Of a stretch of DNA of 64,000 nt, positions 1 through 13,540 are shown one piece after another. The stretch spans positions 13,454,001 to 13,518,000 of the forward strand of contig OZ059896.1 in the NCBI GenBank assembly GCA_964057225.1. Reading direction: 5' to 3'. The position numbers and the translations under genes are program-made. Below the pieces are notes generated by a model. That model was not told where the DNA came from. It worked only from the letters and a program-made list of their open reading frames with translations, and searched no databases. Every line of letters starts with the position of its first letter. The first letter of the stretch is position 1. Source of the DNA: Auanema rhodensis. Its lineage: Eukaryota; Animalia; Nematoda.

Positions 1-393
1 CAGGACGAGATGGAGCAAGAGGAAATGATGGTATCCAAACACAAATTGTTTCCCTCTTAAACACAACTGCTTGATTTTAGGAGAAATGGGACCAGCTGGT
101 TCCCCAGGTCTCCCAGGAATGTCTGGAGAGCCTGGACAACCAGGACTCATGGGTTCTCCAGGAGCTCCAGGTCCAGATGGTTCATACTGTAAATGCCCCG
201 AACGTTCCGCTGGAGTTAATAAACCACCAGTACAACAAGAAAAGCCACCGGCATACGAGCCCGAACCCGTAAGAATTTTACAACAATCATCAACATAAAC
301 TGCAATTTTCAGCAACCTCAAACTTATAATCAAGATGCTGGAGTTCAAGAAGCCCCTAGAAGCCCTTACCGTAAATGGAAGTGGCTCCAATAA
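1..393 (+). CDS. Cuticle collagen, 3' end (gene starts before the window)
   Basis: Gly-X-Y repeats (GPAGSPGLPGMSGEPGQPG) followed by the YCKCP C-terminal cysteine motif of nematode cuticle collagens. Short introns at about 31-80 and 270-312; last exon ends PYRKWKWLQ-stop at 391-393; AATAAA at 419. Confidence 0.9.
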
Positions 394-645
394 ACTTACC
401 TTGAAGATTGAAAATGCCAATAAAGCACGAAACAATATATGTTTATTCCAACAATCACATATGCATATCACATAGTATTAAAATCAAATATAGTCCCTCA
501 AGTGTACGAAAACGGTTAGGAAACTCATTAGTGTTAAAGATAATAATATGATTCTAAAGAGAAACCTTGCATAAATACTTATAATCAAATAAATAAATAA
601 AGTTATGCTATAATAAAGCATAATGTTCAATTTTCACATATTGAA

Positions 646-1493
<848 letters not shown>

Positions 1494-1664
1494 CTAAATT
1501 AAAGTATTAATAATATAACGTAAAACAACAACAGGTATGAATAGAGTAAACCAAACAAAGAGAAACATTATACAAATTCTTTCGCTTTAAAAATGAAAGA
1601 CATTTTAAAAATCAACAATACAAGAAAACTTTAAGTAGATTTAAAACATTCCGGGCTCCGTATT

Positions 1665-4600
1665 TCATTCAGCTTCTAAAATAGAAACAAATAACCTCAA
1701 AACTATTACTCAACCTTACGTTCATTTTCTGATTCATCAGAGTTTTCTCTTTCCAGAAGAGTTTCGACTTCTTCAATATCGACAATAATTCTCGTTTCCT
1801 TTTCCATCATTAATAAACTGAAATAGAAGTTATACCCTACAAACTATTAGTATAAAAAATCTTACTGAAGTTGTTCTAACACAGGATTATTGTTACGTTG
1901 TTCAATTCTATCAATCATCAAATACTTAGACCAACAACATTGTTCCAAAGCTTTTACAAAAACCTAAATCAAAATCATAGTCAATATATCATACATTTAA
2001 ACTAACGTTTTCAGAATTATACCGCGTAAGAATTAATCTCCAGAAAGTGCAATCTTTCATATTTTGAGCAAGTTGCACAAGGCTTGATTGACCTCTCATA
2101 TTCTATTTGGTAAAGTATAAAGTAGGGAACAAAACAAAGACCTACCTCTGACGTAAAATCTGTAGGTCGGGCAAGAAGCTGGGTTTTAGATAAAGCTGAG
2201 TATTTTTTCCCAATCACTGAAATGAAGATATTAAAAACAAGACAACGATAATAAGAAACTTGATGTGGTTTTTTCAAGATCATCAAAGAATGGCAAGATT
2301 TTGTAGTAACGAAGAGAGGAAAATAACTTAACAAGTCTGGAAATTTTACATCAGTTATGAAAAAAAAAAGTTCACACTTTGTATATCCATCAACATAGTT
2401 AGGAAAACTTTGAATAAACCGTTTACATTCCTCTAAAAATTCTAGTCGGTGGGAGTGGTGATTTTCCTACAAAAGACAGATGATAAAAAATATCATAAAG
2501 TAGTAAATTAACCCAATGATATTCCATAATATTGAGAAGTGCTTTCCTTGGCTTATAATAATCTTCCTCTCCAATAATCAATTTAATACTTTCCGTAAGC
2601 CATAATCGACCAACTTTCTCTGCAAAAAGAATTAATTAAAGAATACTTTTTACAAACGTACGAATCCTATTATAAGATACATAAATTCTTATTGATCTAA
2701 TTGTTGTTACTGAACTTTCAAAAAGCTCAGTGAACTGAAAATAATGGTTTATAATTTGGAAAACGCTAAATACTTACTGAAGCATACTCTTGGCTATCAG
2801 CGAAATGAAAAGTTTCTAGATAAGTTAGTATATTCCAAGCATCGATCACATGTTTAGGTGAAATCTGAACGCGAAAAATAACTTATTGCGACTTAAACTT
2901 ACTGGTTCTTCATCGGACAAGAAGTTGAGCCACCGAACAACTTGAACATTGTATTGATCAATAGATAATTCAACATTCATCTACAAAAATACAGATAATT
3001 TCAATATTAAAGGAAAAAGTTACTTCCAAATAACATAGCATCGCTGAAAAAAGAATGGCAGCTCTAAGACTCTTCAGCCCTTTGAACATGTTAGGTTGAG
3101 CTCTTTTCAATATAGACTTGATAAGCATTAGCATAAACTGATGAGGTTTCTCTCCCAAACCAACTTCCATTGCCTATAATAGATATTTAACTTTTTAAAA
3201 CTAAAGTGATGAACTTCATGAGCAGCAAAGTAGAAAACCATTTCTTTGATTTGATCATCTTCGATTTCCAGCTTTTTACTAATCTTAGACAGTTTAGATA
3301 TAAACTTTTTAGTAATCACTTTCTCAGAAGCGTTCTCATATTTCATCTTCATATGTCGGATGCAACTGAAAATTATACAAGAATATATAAAACATTGATG
3401 AGAAAGCTTACATAGGAACATAGGACATCATTAGTTGTGATTCTTTGCAATTTATTGCAAGTGAAAGTATTATGTTCTTCATGAATTTAACAAAGATTCT
3501 GGATTCATAAATGCTCTTCAGAGATCCCAATCCGAACTTTCTCAATATGCTTTCAGTATTTTCATTAGGTGGAAGCTAAACGCATAAAATTAGTTACATA
3601 ATGAAAAAATGTTTTACATATTCAAGGAATGTTATTCCAAAGTATGATAAGATATCTAATGGGAAGAAACTATACATTATCATCAGATCGTCGAAAGACA
3701 CTCGTTTATAAAGATCCTAAAAAATTATATCAAATGCCAGTTTTATAAAAACAGAACTCACATCAGGGCTTTCCCCTAACTCATCGGTAGCAATATCGTT
3801 ACGAAGAGGTCGTAAGTTCAAATTAGAAAATTGACGTTCAAGTTCAACCCAAGATTGAACAAAAGGAGCACGAGTTGATGAAATTCGATTATACAAATCA
3901 TGTACACGAACTCTATACAGCTCGATTTCATACTTTTCCATTGTTTTCATATCAACAGTTTGTGCAGATTCACACGACGTATCATAAGATATCCATCCTG
4001 CATAAATATATTTTGAAAAATAGGATTCTTTTTAAAGATTTACCTCCATGACATTTGTGATCTCCAACTCGCGGATGACCGCTTTCCCAAAATCTTTTGA
4101 AATGTTCTAGCTTTTCTCTATGGGGTAACTTCTGATATCTGTCAGGGCAAAAAAGATGAAATTCGCATGAAGCCTGGAAAAGGAATTCGTGAAGATTGTA
4201 GCAGTATTCAACATTACTTGAATAGAAGCCATAACTCTTTCGGTGTAACCAGATTCGATTAGAAATGAAAGCTCTCTGATACATATTTCTTTATAAAACT
4301 CTTCTGTATTTTCCTCTGGTCGATGAGATCTAATACATTATGTTGAATTGGAAGAGAAAATGTAGCTTACTTGATTATGCCCCTTAACAGATTTTCCAGT
4401 TTTTCTCTACATTTGGCAAACGCTTTTTCCATTCGTTTGAAAGTATAGATTGATGAATCATACTGAATAAAATCTAGGTACTCTTTCCAAACCGCACATT
4501 TATTAAGAAAACGATTTAAAATCTGAAGCAAATGTATAAATTTACATTTTTTAGTAACTAAAACTTACAGAGTCCCATTCGGTTAACAATTCATCGGTTC

Positions 4601-6718
4601 CTCCTTTCTTCTTAAGTAAATCTAATTTTTTAAGCCTTAGATCATAAGATAGAGGGCATTTTTGAAGACCCTAAATTATTTTCAACATTGACATCAAACA
4701 TTAATGTACATACTGCTTCGATGATTGATAAACATCTATCCAACAAAGATAGATTACTAGTGTATTTAATGCCAAGCTCAAGATTACGTTCGTATAACTC
4801 GAGCTAAAATAATAATTAGAAGGAAGAATAAGAATATGCATACCTCGTAATCAACGAAATTGATATAATTGGTATTCTCGCCTGGAGTTTTAGCTATTTC
4901 TTGTTTAACTGCGGTTATTTTGGCTTCCAGGATACGAATTTCATCAGGTCGAATCATCTTCAAATATTCAGAATATTATTAATTCAACGGTAAGTTTCAA
5001 GTACTCCATATGCCAATCTCTCTTCAGCATCCAATTTCAAACGGTTCTCTTCATTAACTATTTCTTGAACTTTCTCACCAGCTAATTCATGCTAAAGAAG
5101 AATAATGTATAAAAAATATTTGAAAAAAAAAACAAACCTGGAACCTGAACAACTCCAGCTTGGTTTTAGAAACTTCAATAAAGTCGATGCTTTTCGTATC
5201 CGTAATTTTAACCAAATCAGAGCGGAATACTCTTTCTGTATGCTTTTCACTAGGTATCACCTAAAACTCTTATTTTTCTCATTCACAAGGTTACTCAAAA
5301 ACCTCATGAAAACGTTTCGGCTTCTTTTCTTCTTTCGCAACAACGGCAGGATAGAAGTACTATAAAACTATAAATAAAAAGAATTTTTACGAAATGCCTT
5401 ACAGTACTCCACTTGGTTGGTGCACCTATAATATTCGATCCCAAAACGTAATATGCACTTGTAATGGTGGGTTGAAGTTTTTCATAATGTATATTTTGCA
5501 GATCCATGCTTTTGTCATATAATAGGAATTCGCTTGTGTTATGTTCTTGACGATCCATACGTAGAAATGCATATCGAGAAGGCTTAGCCTAAAATGCACC
5601 GTTTTAAAAATGAAACAGAGGTATATCACACCAGAGGTTTTGGAGATAAGGCTTTGGGTGATTTCGAACGCTTCCTCCTCTTCTTAGATTTTTTCTTTCG
5701 ATCTTTACGTTTTTTACTTCTGTGAGAACTCGACCTTCTAAAGTTCCACAATATGACAAAAATGCGGGAAAAACAAGTACCTATCCGAATCAGAATCAGA
5801 GCTAGAAGAGGATGATGAATCTGAAGAAGATGAAGAATGGCGTCTGTAACAAAAGATTGAGCCACATATATAAACATTTTATAAACCTTTTGCTTTTCTT
5901 CTTTTTTTTCTGTTTCCTATTTTTTTCATCACTATATAACAAAAATTAGCAAAATTTAAAGATCAGACCCTACATTTTTTTATTTTTTTTCCTGAACTTC
6001 TCAATACTCGCTAGCTCAGCACATGTTTCTTGAATAGCCTAAGGAATAACGTTTTACTATATATTTGAAAAATCAATACCATTATGTCCTCGTCACTATC
6101 ATCATCTGAACTGTCTCTTAGTTGCCGTACAGCTACACATTCTCGTAAAGCTTCCGCTTTCCGTTCTCGTTTTCTACGTTCTTGCTCCTAAATGTTAAAC
6201 AGTATTATCTGTTACGAAGATCACTTGGTTACCCTTTGACGTTTCGATAGTATAACTTGAGTAGAATGGGATGAATAAGCATCATGCCCTGCAGTAATAA
6301 CAATGGGGGTAAAGTTGTCATCAGGATCATCTTTTACACGTTGCGAGGTATAATTGTTTTGACTATTTCTTTGATCGCTTTGGGCATAATTTGAAGGACC
6401 GGGTAAATTAGAGTAATATGGTACTTGTGGAGTACTCTGATGAAAAAGTGGAGGAATAAAAACGTTAGGTGCTCCATGATGTGATGGCATGTGATAAAGA
6501 TTTGGCGTATGAGCTGGATTTGGTCCTTCATGAACAAAACTCCGATATTGGGAGAGAGCAGGATTTTGATCCAAAGGTTTAGGTTGTTCTACTTCATCAA
6601 AGCTGTAAGAAAAGTTTTGCTATTTCCGTGAAAAATGAACAAACCAGTTTTGTGGGTTCGAAGAATCCGATGAAACACCCGGTTTATTATTGTCTGGCTG
6701 AGCATATGCCCTAAACAT
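1665..6718 (-). CDS. nrde-2: NRDE-2 nuclear RNAi/splicing factor (RS/K-rich N-terminus, HAT-like repeats)
   Basis: Starts MFRAY as C. elegans NRDE-2 does. Has an R/K/S-rich low-complexity block (5630-5990), the FWESGHPRVGD motif (about 4060-4095) and a C-terminal ALEQCCWSKYLMID...MMEKETRI segment typical of NRDE2. About 30 short introns; stop at 1665 via a 44-nt terminal intron (or at 1706 if unspliced). Confidence 0.85.
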
Positions 6719-7474
6719 CTGCAAAACAATCAAATATGATACAATATATCATGAGAATCTTCAATATAGATAGAAAGTGGTTAGAAATGGAAAAGAACGC
6801 TACTTCATCAACCATAATTCAAATCTGTAGCTTAAAATTAGAATATTTTTCTTGCTAAAAAATATTGTACGTAATTCGTGTATTACGACTTTTGAATTTT
6901 TTTTCGGGATAGTTTCGTGAAACAAACTTTTTTTGAATCAGAAACTTGACCCAAACCATGAATTAAAGCAAAATAATTTACTAATATATCTATTACGATT
7001 TTTTTATTGTGATTTATGAAACTACGAAACATTACCCAAACTGTTGTAAATAGTTTATGTAATTCTTCAAATTTTCTTTGTAATTTTTCTATAATATTTA
7101 ATTATTTAAATTTATACAGCGTATATAGTAATATGAGTTATGAATAATGTAAGATATCTGAAATTATTTGATATCTTTTCAGTTTTCAGTTTTCTTAGTG
7201 AAATTGAAATGTGCTTGTGTTTCTGTATGTTTATGAGTGTATAAATTACAGTATGCCGTGCGAGATGTCATAGAAATAGACTTTATTTTTGCCATAATAA
7301 CCGGATTTAAATAATCTGATTAAATCAGACAAGTATAGTACACAAAATTTCAGCAGATTTTTTCAAAAGAAAAGTTATAAAATAAAAAAGCTAAAAAAAA
7401 GATTTGATGACATTTTACATAGTATCACAAGTACAAAATATAAAACTATTCGTAAACAAATAGTTTTTTTTGAT

Positions 7475-10231
7475 TTATAAAAGACGTTGTCTTTCTACTA
7501 TTCTCATCAGTTCAACAAATGATTCATTTACATTATCATTTCGCTTTGATGAAACTTCCAGGAAAGGACAGTTTAGGAAACGCGACAGGGCTTGTCCTTC
7601 GTATGATTCTACTTTTCTCTTGCGCCAGTTATCTGCCTTTGATCCTACCAAGACAATAGGAATCTGTAAATATAAAAACTTAATATTAAATAAAGAAAAA
7701 CATAAAAATTTTTATAAAGAGAAAGAATCAAATAATACTTACATTAGGAGCTCTGCGTTCAGTAATAGCGTTGTAAATATCACGGATTGCGAAGAAAGAC
7801 TCTCTATCGGTAATGGAATAAACCAAAATGAAACCATCAGCTGATTCAATATCATAATCGCTGTTCTGAAAAAAAAACAAATAAATATAGTTGGGTATAA
7901 GATTAAAACTTACATCACCATCAATAATATCAATCATACATGTGTTATTGATATCATCATCTCCGCCCTTATGTCCTAATATGTCAGTAAACAGAATTTC
8001 ATTTCCATATTGAACTCGGCGAAGTGAAGATTTTCCTACGGAATTACTTCCCATCACGGCAATTTTGCAGTCGCGAATGGAGAAAGAACGTTCTTCATCA
8101 GTGTCATAATCACTGAAGTTTCTGAAATGGCTATGGTAAAAAATATTCTCCAACATTAACAAATTTACATTTTCTTTTCCTCTTCTTCCTCTCTGTAAGC
8201 CGGATTAATGTAAGTTGTTTGTTTAGAAGTTTTCAACGAGTTCAAGAAGTATTTCAATTCAAGATTAGGAACTGGAGGAGTCTGTAAAAGTAATTGTAAA
8301 TAATAATTTACTAATACATTTTAAAAAAAAATTTCATTTTCATTTATTGTAAAACTTACAGATTTAGCGCCTTCTCCACAAACAATGCATCTTGGTGATC
8401 GATAAATAATTGGCTTTTCAGTAGGCTTGGATCTACAAAAATATATAAATTAGTATCAGTTTCTTGAAATAATTTTATAGAATGCACAACCGATTGTAAT
8501 AAATTTTAAACTAAAAATAAAAAAGGATGGGCGCATTCTAATATGGAAGTGAGCTTTCATTTCATGATATTTCAACTTACTGTGAAGTATTACGATCCTG
8601 AAGTACATGGCAGCTGCTAATTCCCATTCTTATCTTGTTTCTCCGAGATTTGAATGGAGCTTGTTGAACAAGTAGTGATTGGATGCATTGATAGCATAAT
8701 GAATGCCCACACTGAAGTGTCATTGGCTGAAAACATAATTATTTAGTTATTAATATTATTAATATAAAAATTTAGGAGTGCAAAAGCAAATATTTCTTTA
8801 ATGTATTACGTAATGAGTAAGGTTCTCTAATTCTTAAAACTAGGAAGACAAATGAATAGCCTACTACTTGCCATACATCCTTCTTTGGGTAACGAAGTTT
8901 ACTAAGGTTGTTGCGAGGGGAAGAGCTGGGTAAGTGATGACGCAAGATGAGTAGCGCAATTAACACTAATAAATGGAAGGAATCAGGAAAAAACAAAAGA
9001 AATTTGAGTTGTACAGCACAATATTACAGAAATACATTCAATATAATTCTATTTTATGATTATTAAAAATGAGTTATGTATGTAATTTGAGATGAATTAT
9101 TATGTGTGGAAGATATAAAGAAAAAAACTTCGTAAAACTTTTTTTGTAATCTATGTTATTCTTCTTTTTTTCTGAGAAGATATATGATATATAAGATGTA
9201 ATATTACTCCAAAAAGAGTATTTTTTTTTGTCACAACTAATCTCAAGTGGGTGTCATTGAAACCTGTCGATAGGCTGGATAACAAAAAAATTAGGTAAGA
9301 GGCTCAGAGGTTATGTGAGTTCTTAACGGAGGTCATGGCAAGCATGCATATATAGTGTCGTTCAAGTGCTAAAACTCGAAGTACGCTAAATCAGTAGATA
9401 TAAAGGATTATCCAGACAGTAAGAAGGTAAAGTGGAAGTAGAATTAAGGAATTAAATTTTACAAGTGTTATTCTTTCTTGAGTGAGATAAATAAAATAAA
9501 GAAATCTTAGTTAAAGATAACATAAATCCTCTCATTATGTCTATTTTGAATGTCTTGACAGGAAAACATGCTGAGTGGGTTAGGTTTGAGCGACCAAATT
9601 TGTAACTGTCAAGATTTGATTTGATGGAGCATGAGATACATAATATGTTGAGAGAAGAAAGCTAGGTGAAGGTTATTCTTCTAACTATATACGCATATAG
9701 TAAATGGGTGAAAACAATATGATGAGGATGATGGGAACAGCCGTAATTATAGAGATGAACGGAAGCACGTCGTAGCTGACGTACAATTTTCAGTTGCGTA
9801 ATCATGACCGGTTATCCCGAGGCCATCCCAATATTCTAGTCTTCTGGTCATCTCACTACATAATTTAGATTCGGCTCTTAGCTCTAATGTACAGTTGGCT
9901 ATAAAGCTTGACTAATAGATCATCTGGCTATTACTACTAATAAGATAAATCCAAACGATTAAATGAATGGATTAATGTAAATAAGCACAAGAAGATTTAC
10001 AAAACATAATTTAAAAAATAGAAGGAAAATAAGTTAATTAAAAAATAATTATTAAATAAAATTAGAAAATCAACAAACCTCTTCAAATAGTTTTTGACAA
10101 TGTGGACAAATTCCTGGAGCTGTACGAGGTACAGTTGAGACAACATCTTCGTCCGAAGATGAAGCAATAGAGCACGTACCATAGTCAGAGTGACAGGAGA
10201 GCTGAGAGCTTGGAGAAGCACAGGATGGCAT
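7475..10231 (-). CDS. RING-HC (C3HC4) zinc finger fused to an atypical Ras-family small GTPase domain, about 334 aa
   Basis: Seven phase-compatible exons: 10079-10231, 8581-8726, 8360-8432, 8169-8281, 7914-8121, 7743-7865, 7475-7663. RING: CPHC-x11-CGHSLCYQC-x49-CIVC. GTPase: GSNSVGKS, DGFILVYSITDRESF, IPIVLVGSKAD, FLEVSSK. Confidence 0.8.
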
Positions 10232-11540
10232 TCTGCAAGATTAATATACAAAATAGAATAAACACAACGATATAATAGTAAAATACATAGAGACGGTACG
10301 AAAAAATATTTTACGTATGAGTTGAGCTCGCTCATTACGTTGACCAGGGCTGAGATGATGAGGTTACTGCCGGAGTAGGAGGGTGTTGTTCAAAGGGGCG
10401 TTTGGGATAGGATGGTAAGGGGGCGGAGCTTAAGTAATAAACATATCAGGGAGAAAGAAAGAAAATATAAAGTTTAACTATTAAAATGGAATATATATGA
10501 AGAAGTATTTGAAATGAATAAAGAAGGTATTATGAGTAATACAAGTAATGAGACTAGACAGAATGATCTTGTTCAGAATTTAAAATGTTGTTTGAAATAC
10601 TACCATGTAACTGGGAATGCATTTGTATCCCATGACCTAAGATTTTATTGAACTTGAACATGTCCAGACTGTAGAGTTCAAATATCATTGTGGCCTACAG
10701 CGTTAAAACAGCACCAATCTTGTACAAGCATGAACAAAAACAAGAACACTTGTTAACACTTGAGCTTAAAAATTAAGTTCTTGAATGTTGCAGATGATAT
10801 TGTTCGCTAATTTAATGCTTTTTTTGACTTTTGCCTGTCCGAACAGCTTAGTCGTTTAATGTGTTTCTTCTTCAAGAGGATAAAACTAAGTGGTATAGCA
10901 GGAAGAAAGATAAAGATTGTAAGCCTAACGAGAGAGGAAGAAGAAGATTAAGAGGGAGAGAGGTTGAAAGGAAGGATTAGTACTTATAGGGGACAGGATT
11001 TGTCAAATAGATACCGCACTTAGCAAATAGAAAAATTGATGAGACAAGTAGTTGAGGTGAGACTACCGTAACTTTTAAAAAATTGTAACAAACTCTAAAC
11101 TACATCTTAATAACATGAAATCTGTTTGGTTAATCAAAGAAAAATTGATTTTTTGGTCAAATGAGCAAGGATCAGGATGAGACGTATGTAGTTATTGGCA
11201 AGGATTTTCTATAACTCGAATGCTTAGTGAACAGACGAGTGCGAAGCCAATGGCAACTATTCAAGTTGAAAGTAATTAAGGAGTGAAGGTGTCTATTGAA
11301 GTATCTATATGGCCCATTACATACAAGGATCATTAAATGAAATGAAGTTTCAAATGATAATTCCCCTTAATTATTTTGAAAGAAACGAAGAACAATTGGA
11401 ATATTTGTGTCGGTATTCTTTTCATATTATTTGATTTGGACTTGATTTGGAAGACATTTCAAGATAAATTGCAACTTTAGGAATTTAAAAATCTTTTAAT
11501 TACTTTCATTGTAAATGCTTAAAGGGAATTAAGAGGAAGA

Positions 11541-11543
<3 letters not shown>

Positions 11544-11588
<45 letters not shown>
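11544..11588. repeat. (GA)n microsatellite
   Basis: Perfect dinucleotide run. Confidence 0.95.
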
Positions 11589-11592
<4 letters not shown>

Positions 11593-12833
11593 TTATAAAT
11601 TTTTGCTGGTGTTGGGCAGATGGTTCAAGTTAACCTTAATTAGTGCTAACAGCAAAATATACACCTACACCTTATGAGGTGGAAATCCTAGAATGAATGC
11701 CAATAGACAAGATAAACAGACTGAAATCAGATATACATAAATATAATTATTAAATAAACACGAAATATGTGTTAAGTCATGTGTGATTATGGGATTTAAC
11801 AGTTTTCTACGTTGGTTTAGGCTATTGGCAACAAATGAAATTTGCTCATCTGTCATAGGCTAGAAAAATAAAACTTTTATAACATGGAATGTAATATATT
11901 ATAATAACTTGAGGTATTAATTATATGTTCATGAACATATCTGGTTGCATTAAAATCTGTTTTATGAGTCAAATGAGCAAAATTTATAGAATTAATGATC
12001 AAACATCACTCTTTTAATGAACAAGTTCGAGCCAAAGAAAATAATTTTTTGGTTAAAACATTCAAAAAATTTGAGAAGAAGACTTAAAGAGTTCGACAAT
12101 CAGTCCGTTTTTCAACTATTTTTTCTTTTCTTTTCAAAATACAAAAGCGAGACTTTAAAATGGTTGTCACAATGATATAAAAATGAAAAAACGACAAATT
12201 GTCTTCCCGAAAAAAATAAAAAAAAAGAAAAGGGAAGAGATGAGATATAACGAGAGGATTTGGTGTAATCGGAGTAAAACATCAAAATAACGCTTTTTTG
12301 TCTTTAAAGACGAAAAAATGAAGAAGAGAATGAACTCTTATCTTGTCTCATCTTTAATCTACGTTAAGGATGACTTTCAAATACCTACTTTTTGGACATA
12401 AGATTTCATATAAATTAACGGCACGCGACAATACTCAGGACAAGAAAATATAAAATCTTTGTACTTGATTAAATTTATAGTTTTTACATGATGCAAATGA
12501 ATTTGAACTCTATTACGAGCATATTTGTACTTTTAGGGTGAAAGAGAGTAAGATAGAGAGAATAGCGCGAGTATGAAGATATATGAATGACAGCATGAAG
12601 GACAGAAAAAGAGAAACTTAAAATTTCAAATTATATAAATGCTAGATTTGAAATATAAATTGTATATAATTTAAAGAAAACGAATAACTTAGTCAAGTTA
12701 AATTGGAAGGAAGTTTTAGAAGTTTTTAAAAATGCTTCACGTTATAATATTGAATCTAATGAAAATATTGGATGAAAACAACTTTTTATCATTCAATTTT
12801 CTTATCTTTTATTTTTTTTAATAAGAAAAGTGA

Positions 12834-13117
12834 ATGAGAACGACAAAAGTAAATGAGTCAGATTATTGTACATGTTATAAATTTCAGGCTGATAATATCT
12901 TAACGATGTTAGAACAGATTGAAAGATTAAATAAAAATGCTATTGGCAGGTAATCTGTTTATGTTAATGTTTTTCTTAGATTTGATTATCATCCAATTTT
13001 AGTATTCAATTTCTCAAACTAACAACTTCTGGTGCACATTCGTTATCTGTCAGCCATAAATCAGAAGATGGCGTCAACTTTCACGTTGTTCCGTCAAATT
13101 CTCAGCAGTTGTGTTGA
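12834..13117 (+). CDS. Candidate 3-exon small protein (about 63 aa) or spliced lncRNA
   Basis: Exons 12834-12848, 12888-12949 and 13003-13117 join in frame (MRTTK/ADNILTMLEQIERLNKNAIG/SIQFLK...QQLC-stop). Strong TTTCAG acceptor, CAG/GTAATC donor and AATAAA at 13138. No recognisable homology. Confidence 0.25.
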
Positions 13118-13475
13118 ACAGGTCTCTCAGAAGATTGAATAAAGAACGATGAACAAAGTAACAGAAGGAGCCGAAGCGCTGTTTGATGAGAAAGCTGGCT
13201 AGAACGGTTTCAAAGCAAAAGATGAACGACAGTTTAAACGAGTATCACTGTCATCTGTGCTATAGTAGGTGTTGGGCCCAAGGTGAGATGAGACAGATTT
13301 CATCCAAAGTATTCAAATTGTGAATCTGAATACAATGACTTATATAGATTCCAGATCTCTTGAATATATAATGAGAAGATGGGAAAGGTGTGAACAACGA
13401 GAAATGTTTTGATGACAGGCCGATCAGCACAACCAGCGATCTGGGACTAAAAGACAATGGAAAGTGAAATAAGAT

Positions 13476-13478
<3 letters not shown>

Positions 13479-13532
<54 letters not shown>
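13479..13532. repeat. (AT)n microsatellite
   Basis: Perfect dinucleotide run. Confidence 0.95.

Positions 13533-13540
<8 letters not shown>

Noticed and set aside
3138-3165. CTGATGA plus stem (hammerhead-like)
   Set aside because: No GAAA after the stem, and it lies antisense within nrde-2 coding sequence.
5395-5404. Apparent GC donor in nrde-2
   Set aside because: The adjacent GTAAGG donor gives the correct frame (YFYPAVV).
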